A stretch of DNA of 64,000 bases from Candidatus Thorarchaeota archaeon. GTDB taxonomy: Archaea; Asgardarchaeota; Thorarchaeia; Thorarchaeales; Thorarchaeaceae. Position 1 is the stretch's first letter; each line of letters starts with the position of its first letter. Below, piece by piece: positions 58,292 to 64,000 of this stretch. The notes under the pieces were generated by a model. That model was given only the letters and a program-made list of their open reading frames with translations. It searched no databases and was not told the origin of the DNA. Location: contig JAGSHN010000012.1 of the NCBI GenBank assembly GCA_029855935.1, positions 96,001 through 160,000 of the forward strand. Reading direction: 5' to 3'. The position numbers and the translations under genes were made by a program.

Positions 58292-58729
58292 TCACTGCAG
58301 TTTCAACAGGTTCAGCCCGGTGACTTCGTCGCGCTCTCGCATCAGAGGTCGATCAAACTCTGTGATCACCACCTCAATTGTGGCTGAGACAGTACATCCC
58401 TCCATGACGTGACCGCCGTAGCATCTCCCATCTCTGTCAGCTGTCACCATATGTGCGTGGACGACAACAGTGTCATCCTCGAGTCTGGAGATGTTGCCAA
58501 CACACGACACGACCTCAAGGTCCTCCTTTAGGGAGAACGTGTGATACTGGCTTCTCTCTCTGTCAAAGTAGCCGAGAGTGGCCTGTGACACAGCGCCAAT
58601 CAGACTAAGCTGTCCACCCCTGATATCGTACTGGGTGACCAAGCGCTGTAGGCTCTGGAGGATGTCCTCTCCCGGATAGAGTCGCGCCACTATGGTGCGT
58701 CTTCTCCGCGTCTCAAGTGAGTCTGGCAT
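58292..58729 (-). CDS. PPC/DUF296 domain protein
   Basis: RL.PGED, IGAV, E..S..GNI, HAH, YGGHV, TIEV. Confidence 0.92.
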   Translation of the reverse strand: MPDSLETRRRRTIVARLYPGEDILQSLQRLVTQYDIRGGQLSLIGAVSQATLGYFDRERSQYHTFSLKEDLEVVSCVGNISRLEDDTVVVHAHMVTADRDGRCYGGHVMEGCTVSATIEVVITEFDRPLMRERDEVTGLNLLKLQ

Positions 58730-58817
58730 ACCGTACCGTGTGGTCCATCCAACTAATCAATCGCGCTATGTGGGAAGTCCTTATCTGTCTAATACGTGAC
58801 GTATCTGATGAACGGCA

Positions 58818-61772
58818 GTGGCGGACAAGAGAGAGAAACAGGATAGAGGTCAGTCGAGTCTGGACGACTTCATGTCATCATCACCACCCATAGTGTCCTC
58901 CGTGCAGCCGGGAGGAGCACAGGACACCACATCAGACACGGAAGGTGACCAGATTTCTGAGGCAAGGTTCTCCGCGATTCCCCCTCCTATGTCTCCCTCT
59001 TCAGAGGACTCGGGGCGCACGAGATTGAAGGAGTCAGAGTCCCCTCCCCAACAGTCATCGTCTGAGCCGCCCTCGGAGGGCAAGTCGGGCCCCTCCTCGC
59101 CCACCGTCATAGTCTTTGCAGACAATGAGGAGGGCGAAGAGGAGGAGTCTGTGGAGGAGATTGAAGAGCATCTTGCAACATACTGGCTGGCACCCCGCCA
59201 GACGCCCCGCAACACACCCCCCTCCTTCCTGCTCTCTGTCGACTACTCCGGCCAGCATAATCGCGCAATTGTCAGGCTCTTCAACCCCGAGACACGAGAA
59301 ACCGTGTTCTGGCTTGACAACACTGGTCACCAGCCCTATTGTTACACCGACTACCCTCCTCAGGTCGCCGAGATGAAGGCCAAGGCGCATCCCGGGTTTG
59401 TACGCACCGAGACCGTTCGGCTTCATGACCTTCTCCGGGACCAAGAGGTCACGATGACGAAGGTGATTGGTGATAACCCTCTGGCCATAGGTGGCTCGCA
59501 TCGCGCCATTCGCGACCTGCTGACGGAGCTCGTGAGAACTGGAGACCCCGCCCATCCGACAACGGAGGTCAGTCACGCGTGGGAGGCCAACATCAGATAC
59601 AGAAACTGCTACACATACGACCGCAAGCTTGTTCCCGGGATGATGTACCGTGTGGAGAACGGTCAGCTCATCCCCTGTCCGCCAGAGCTTGACGAGGCGA
59701 CCCTGCACAAGTTCATCGAGGCCCTCGATGAGGAGGAGGGCCTCAAGGACATCGTGGAGACCTATGCACCGATGTTCTTCACTGAGGTTCCCGACATTCC
59801 GCGAATTGCCCTGGACATTGAGGTCTATTCTCCTCAGCTCAACCGGGTGCCCGACGCGGCAACGGCGCCTTTTCAGGTCACGGCGATCGGCCTCTCCGAC
59901 AGTGAGGGCTACAACGTGTGTCTCGTACTGAAACGTGAAGATATTCCTCTTGGCGAGCGAGGCGAGGACTATCCCAAGGATCTTGAGGTCGTATTCTATG
60001 ATGACGAGCGTCAGATGCTCCTCGACGCCTTCAGAAAGATTGACGAGTATCCCATAGTCGTGACCTTCGTTGGCGACGCCTTTGACCTGAACTATCTCTA
60101 TCATCGTGCGAAGAAGCTTGGCATCGACGTGAAGACACAGTGTCCCATCTATCTCGGACGTGACATCGCACTTCTACAGAGGGGAGTGCACGTGGACCTC
60201 TACAAGTTCCTGAAGAATCCGTCCGTCCGACTCTATGCTCTATCGGGGGCCTACGAGCAGAGCAATCTTGAGTCCATTGCTCAGGGCCTCCTCGGCTTCG
60301 GCAAGCTCCAACGCACAACGGACATCTCCCATCTGCCCCTGTACGAGCTGGCGCACTACTGCTGGCTCGATGCGAATATCACGCTGCAGATCACGACCTA
60401 CAAGAACAACCTCCTGCTCCGTCTCATCGTACTCTTGATGCGTATCTCGCGCCTCAGCATGGAGGATGTCACGCGTCAGGGCATCTCCTCGTGGATTCAG
60501 TCCCTGTTCCGGCAGGAGCATCGTTCCCGGCGAGCATTGATTCCAAGGCAGGTCGACATCGCGACCGTGAAGGGAGCCGAGGCACATACTGAGGCGATCA
60601 TAAAGGACAAGCGGTTCAAGGGTGCAATTGTCATCGATCCTGTCCCCGGCGTTCACTTCAATACATGCGTCCTCGACTTTGCGAGCCTGTATCCCACCAT
60701 AATGAAGCGCCACAACATAAGCTACGAGACTGTCGACTGTCCGCACGAGGAGTGCAGAAATGCCACGGACAATCGTGTCCCCGAAACAGACCACTGGATA
60801 TGCAAGAAACGTCGCGGGATGATCAGCCAGACGATTGGCTTCTTCAGGGACACTCGTGTCCGATGGTTCAAGCGTCTGAGCAAGGACAAGAGTCTCGACG
60901 AGCGTATTCGTGACTGGTACGGTGTTGTCGAGAAGGCTTTGAAAGTGTTCGTCAATGCGTCGTATGGTGTGACGGGTGCGCAGCACTTCGAGCTGTTCTG
61001 TATGCCTGCAGCCGAGAGCGTCACTGCCTACGGACGACACGCCATCGTGCGCACAAAGGAGAAGGCCGAGTCAATGGGCGTGAGAGTCCTCTACGGGGAC
61101 ACCGACTCGGTGTTCCTTGACAATCCCACGGAGGAGCAGCAGCGAGAGCTCATACGATGGTCGAGGGAGGAGCTGGGTATCGATCTCGAAGTCGAGAAGA
61201 CCTACAAGTACGTGGCCCTCTCCGGTCGGAAGAAGAACTACATTGGTGTCTACCCATCGGGCTACGTTGAGGTCAAGGGCCTCAGCGGCAAGAAGCGCAA
61301 CACCCCGGACTTCGTGCAGGAGGCCTTCCGAGAGATGCTCGGGGTGCTGAGCAAGGTGGACAGCCCTCAGGGGTTCGAGGCTGCGAAGGAGGAGATACGC
61401 GAGATTGTCAACTCCGTCCTTGACCGGCTTGAGGGGAAGGGTGAGCTCTACTCGCCCGAGGAGCTTGCGTTTCGAGTACAGATGACGAAGCCGATTGACA
61501 AGTACGGCTCGACAATGCCGCAGCATGTGCGCGCGGCAAAGATGCTGGTCGAGGCGGGATACGATGTTCAGCCCGGCACGGTGGTGGAGTATATCAAGAC
61601 GAAAGACGAGGCCGGGGTACTGCCCATACAGCTGGCGCGAGAGCGCGCGTATTGGATTGATGTGGACAAGTATGTCGACACTCTGAGGTCGGTATTTGGT
61701 CAGGTGCTGGACGCAGTGGGAATTGACTTTGAGGAGCTGTTGGGATTCACGACACTCGACCAGTTCTTCTGA
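58818..61772 (+). CDS. polB: family B DNA polymerase (PolB1-like)
   Basis: DNTGH.PYCY, WEA.I.Y, DIE, GDAFD, YC..DA, DFASLYP, K...NASYG, YGDTDS, KKNY, GKKRN. Confidence 0.96.
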   Translation: MADKREKQDRGQSSLDDFMSSSPPIVSSVQPGGAQDTTSDTEGDQISEARFSAIPPPMSPSSEDSGRTRLKESESPPQQSSSEPPSEGKSGPSSPTVIVFADNEEGEEEESVEEIEEHLATYWLAPRQTPRNTPPSFLLSVDYSGQHNRAIVRLFNPETRETVFWLDNTGHQPYCYTDYPPQVAEMKAKAHPGFVRTETVRLHDLLRDQEVTMTKVIGDNPLAIGGSHRAIRDLLTELVRTGDPAHPTTEVSHAWEANIRYRNCYTYDRKLVPGMMYRVENGQLIPCPPELDEATLHKFIEALDEEEGLKDIVETYAPMFFTEVPDIPRIALDIEVYSPQLNRVPDAATAPFQVTAIGLSDSEGYNVCLVLKREDIPLGERGEDYPKDLEVVFYDDERQMLLDAFRKIDEYPIVVTFVGDAFDLNYLYHRAKKLGIDVKTQCPIYLGRDIALLQRGVHVDLYKFLKNPSVRLYALSGAYEQSNLESIAQGLLGFGKLQRTTDISHLPLYELAHYCWLDANITLQITTYKNNLLLRLIVLLMRISRLSMEDVTRQGISSWIQSLFRQEHRSRRALIPRQVDIATVKGAEAHTEAIIKDKRFKGAIVIDPVPGVHFNTCVLDFASLYPTIMKRHNISYETVDCPHEECRNATDNRVPETDHWICKKRRGMISQTIGFFRDTRVRWFKRLSKDKSLDERIRDWYGVVEKALKVFVNASYGVTGAQHFELFCMPAAESVTAYGRHAIVRTKEKAESMGVRVLYGDTDSVFLDNPTEEQQRELIRWSREELGIDLEVEKTYKYVALSGRKKNYIGVYPSGYVEVKGLSGKKRNTPDFVQEAFREMLGVLSKVDSPQGFEAAKEEIREIVNSVLDRLEGKGELYSPEELAFRVQMTKPIDKYGSTMPQHVRAAKMLVEAGYDVQPGTVVEYIKTKDEAGVLPIQLARERAYWIDVDKYVDTLRSVFGQVLDAVGIDFEELLGFTTLDQFF

Positions 61773-61907
61773 GTTTCAGTTGGTCTGTTCCAACCTTCTC
61801 ATCGTAGAGAGGTTGTCCACCGAGTCTGGGCAAGAAAGTCTTATAGCATAGGTACGGCCTAACTTGGCCCTAGACGGCATCCTCTGCTTGTCCAACTCTA
61901 TGGGGTA

Positions 61908-62948
61908 GTGAAGATGAAGATAGATCTCCGGGAGCTGTTCGCCAAGAATGCACTTCTCATTCTGACTCCTGAGGACATTGGGCCATCCGCACGGGAGTTC
62001 ATCTCCAAGTACGGCTCATACATGCGCCTCGCAGGAATTGAGGCCAAACGAGAGAGCGGCTATGCCATCTTTCCTAGCAAGACCGCCCCTGTAGAACAAG
62101 AGCACACAGCCATGTTCGAGGAGTGGGTCGCAATCACTGACAAGCTCCGCGTGGAGACATCCGTCGTGATGAACTTCTACACGGACAGGTGGTTTGCCCG
62201 TGACCCGAAGTATCAGTCTGTGAGCGCCAGGGGCAATGCCGTGACACATCAGGTATGTCCGAATCGTGAAGAGTTCTGGGAATATGGTGCTGAGATAGTC
62301 AAGGAACTCGGATCCTATCCAATCCGCGAGATAATGGTCTTCGGGACGGGATTCATTCGCGACAGCTTCTGTTTCTGCGAGCGATGCCGTGAGGCCTTTG
62401 CGCCACGCGTGGGTCAAGAGCCAGCCCGCCTGAACTACGGCTATATCACGGAGAATCCAGACTATCATCGCGCCTGGCACGAGTGGAGAACCGAGATAGT
62501 GATGAGCGGACTTGCTCAGCTGGCGGCCGCAGCTCGTGAGGCTGATGAGCTCACCGAGCGTGCAGAGCCGCTGCAGCTCACGGTGGAGATTCCCATTGAT
62601 CCACAGACTGGTCTCCTTGAGGGCGCCAAGACAGAGAATGGCCTTGATCCCGCCAGAATCTTCGATGTCACAAAGAGTGTCGTTCTCAATCTATATCCGT
62701 GGACGCCAGTCCTCCCACGCAAGGGGACCCCGGAGCATGACAGACTGCTAGAGGCCCTGTACTTTGCGAAGGACTACAAGAGGCGTGGCGGGTCGGTCGT
62801 TCTGTACAGATGGGGCGTCTCCTCTGGGGAGAAGGTGGATGAGGTGATGGCCATCGCCCGCGATGCTGAGATTGATCGGGTGGCTGTCAGCTTCAGATTC
62901 CCCGAGAGCTATGCTGAGCGTCGCGAGAGTGCAATTGGCGGCGTGTGA
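61908..62948 (+). CDS. hypothetical glycoside-hydrolase-like TIM-barrel protein with CFCxxC motif
   Basis: VCPN..E, FCFCERC..AF, W.EWR pattern as seen in GH42/GHL-type barrels. Confidence 0.6.
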   Translation: MKMKIDLRELFAKNALLILTPEDIGPSAREFISKYGSYMRLAGIEAKRESGYAIFPSKTAPVEQEHTAMFEEWVAITDKLRVETSVVMNFYTDRWFARDPKYQSVSARGNAVTHQVCPNREEFWEYGAEIVKELGSYPIREIMVFGTGFIRDSFCFCERCREAFAPRVGQEPARLNYGYITENPDYHRAWHEWRTEIVMSGLAQLAAAAREADELTERAEPLQLTVEIPIDPQTGLLEGAKTENGLDPARIFDVTKSVVLNLYPWTPVLPRKGTPEHDRLLEALYFAKDYKRRGGSVVLYRWGVSSGEKVDEVMAIARDAEIDRVAVSFRFPESYAERRESAIGGV

Positions 62949-62957
62949 GCAGGCTGC

Positions 62958-63932
62958 CTACTGTATAGCCCCGCAGTAGGGACATCGGACCGTTCCCCTT
63001 CCTATTGTCTTTCCGCAGGAGAAACAGAACGATCTACTGTGCGACTCGTCCCCACGAGTCCGTTCGTCGGCAAAGGGGCTAATCTCTCCTTGACGAAACA
63101 GGGCACCAAGACCGCCAACTATCTCCTCGCTGCCAAGACTGCAAGCTGCTGCAGACGGCGCGGCGACAGGTGTCTGTGATGTGAGCGCACCCGTTCCTGT
63201 TCTACTGTCGGTGGCAGGACTGCTGGCGGTGCGCCCGAATGGCGATCGTTGTCTGCCTGAGGACGACGTACTCACTGGCGCACGTGTGCCACGGACATCC
63301 GGACCAGGGGATGACGCCTGTTCTGAAGCGATTCCCGAGCCACTGTGTGTCTGCACTCCCCATCCAACAGTTGACGCCCGATCCGTCCCCCTCCTCAGAT
63401 CTCTCTCCCGCATAGCTCTCTCAAGAGCGTCAAAGTCCCTCCTGTAGTCATCGCCTCCAAAGCCCGCATCGATTGCGGGGCGGTTCGCCGCACGAGGTGA
63501 CGCGGAGTGACCATACTCATCAGCATACCGTGTCAGCGGATCGTGGCTGCCAGCTGCATCAAGGAACTGATGGTGCTCCTCCATCTTGAGCCTCTCGTAG
63601 TCCTCTGGGGTGAGACCCAGGACCTCCAGTGCCCGGTCACGCTCGGGGCATCTCTTTGAGAGCGGACAGCAGTACGCTAGGCTTCCGTGACACAGCGATG
63701 CAAGGGCGCGCTCCTGCCGTGACTTGAAGATTGGGGCAATCTTCCTATGACCTAGAACCAGGGCGTTGCCGACTGTACGAATCTGTGCATAGCCGCTCTG
63801 TGCAAGAGCCTCTATGACCTCTCTCGCTGGATATGGTCTTCCCTCGATTATCACGACCCCCTCAGTGCGGTCCAGTCTTACCGGGCGCTCGTCCTCTCTG
63901 GAATCGTAGGAAGGGTATCTCGTTCCAAACAC
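62958..63932 (-). CDS. hypothetical protein: methanogenesis-marker-9-like Cys domain + disordered linker + zinc ribbon
   Basis: CHGSLAYCC..K.CP.RD.AL..LGL..E.Y..LK; C-terminal CFSC..CPYC. Confidence 0.75.
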   Translation of the reverse strand: MFGTRYPSYDSREDERPVRLDRTEGVVIIEGRPYPAREVIEALAQSGYAQIRTVGNALVLGHRKIAPIFKSRQERALASLCHGSLAYCCPLSKRCPERDRALEVLGLTPEDYERLKMEEHHQFLDAAGSHDPLTRYADEYGHSASPRAANRPAIDAGFGGDDYRRDFDALERAMRERDLRRGTDRASTVGWGVQTHSGSGIASEQASSPGPDVRGTRAPVSTSSSGRQRSPFGRTASSPATDSRTGTGALTSQTPVAAPSAAACSLGSEEIVGGLGALFRQGEISPFADERTRGDESHSRSFCFSCGKTIGRGTVRCPYCGAIQ

Positions 63933-64000
63933 CTCTTATGGCCGCTCTCAGGCTGGTCTACCCGGCTCGGAAATAGAATATCGTGTATTACGAAGGTATA

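Noticed and set aside
59055-61040. Long antisense ORFs (59055..60104, 60240..61040) and similar ones elsewhere
   Set aside because: They lie opposite well-supported genes, lack motifs, and are expected from codon bias in GC-rich DNA.
62958-63932. Marker-9-like domain as evidence of methanogenesis
   Set aside because: It is a single domain in a different architecture, and no methanogenesis genes are in the window.

Overview
Gene-dense, GC-rich archaeal chromosomal window with about 55 CDS and two tRNA-Arg genes. I saw no CRISPR array, integrase, transposase or rRNA. Archaeal markers are PriL, ABCE1/Rli, a PolB1-type polymerase, the nurA-herA-mre11-rad50 operon, ArcS+RaSEA, FBP aldolase/phosphatase and archaeal-type TpiA. 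DxDGDG-repeat membrane proteins, giant FtsX-like permeases and a cytoplasmic GIFT protein suggest an Asgard archaeon, probably Thorarchaeia (inference). The most notable signals are: (1) a concentration of metalloenzyme-fold proteins that have lost their metal ligands (two membrane-anchored M28 pseudopeptidases with Ca-binding repeats, Nif3, M24, gamma-CA, MBL), several of which parallel eukaryotic pseudoenzymes; (2) a soluble IFT52-like GIFT + coiled-coil protein; (3) a cytoplasmic all-beta protein resembling a mu-homology domain; (4) an ABCE1 with a natural Cys-to-Glu change in an Fe-S ligand; (5) a Rad50 with an LSYGD signature; (6) a methanogenesis-marker-9-like Cys domain fused to a zinc ribbon; (7) a probable CTG start for priL. 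All family calls come from motif recognition by eye; no searches were run.
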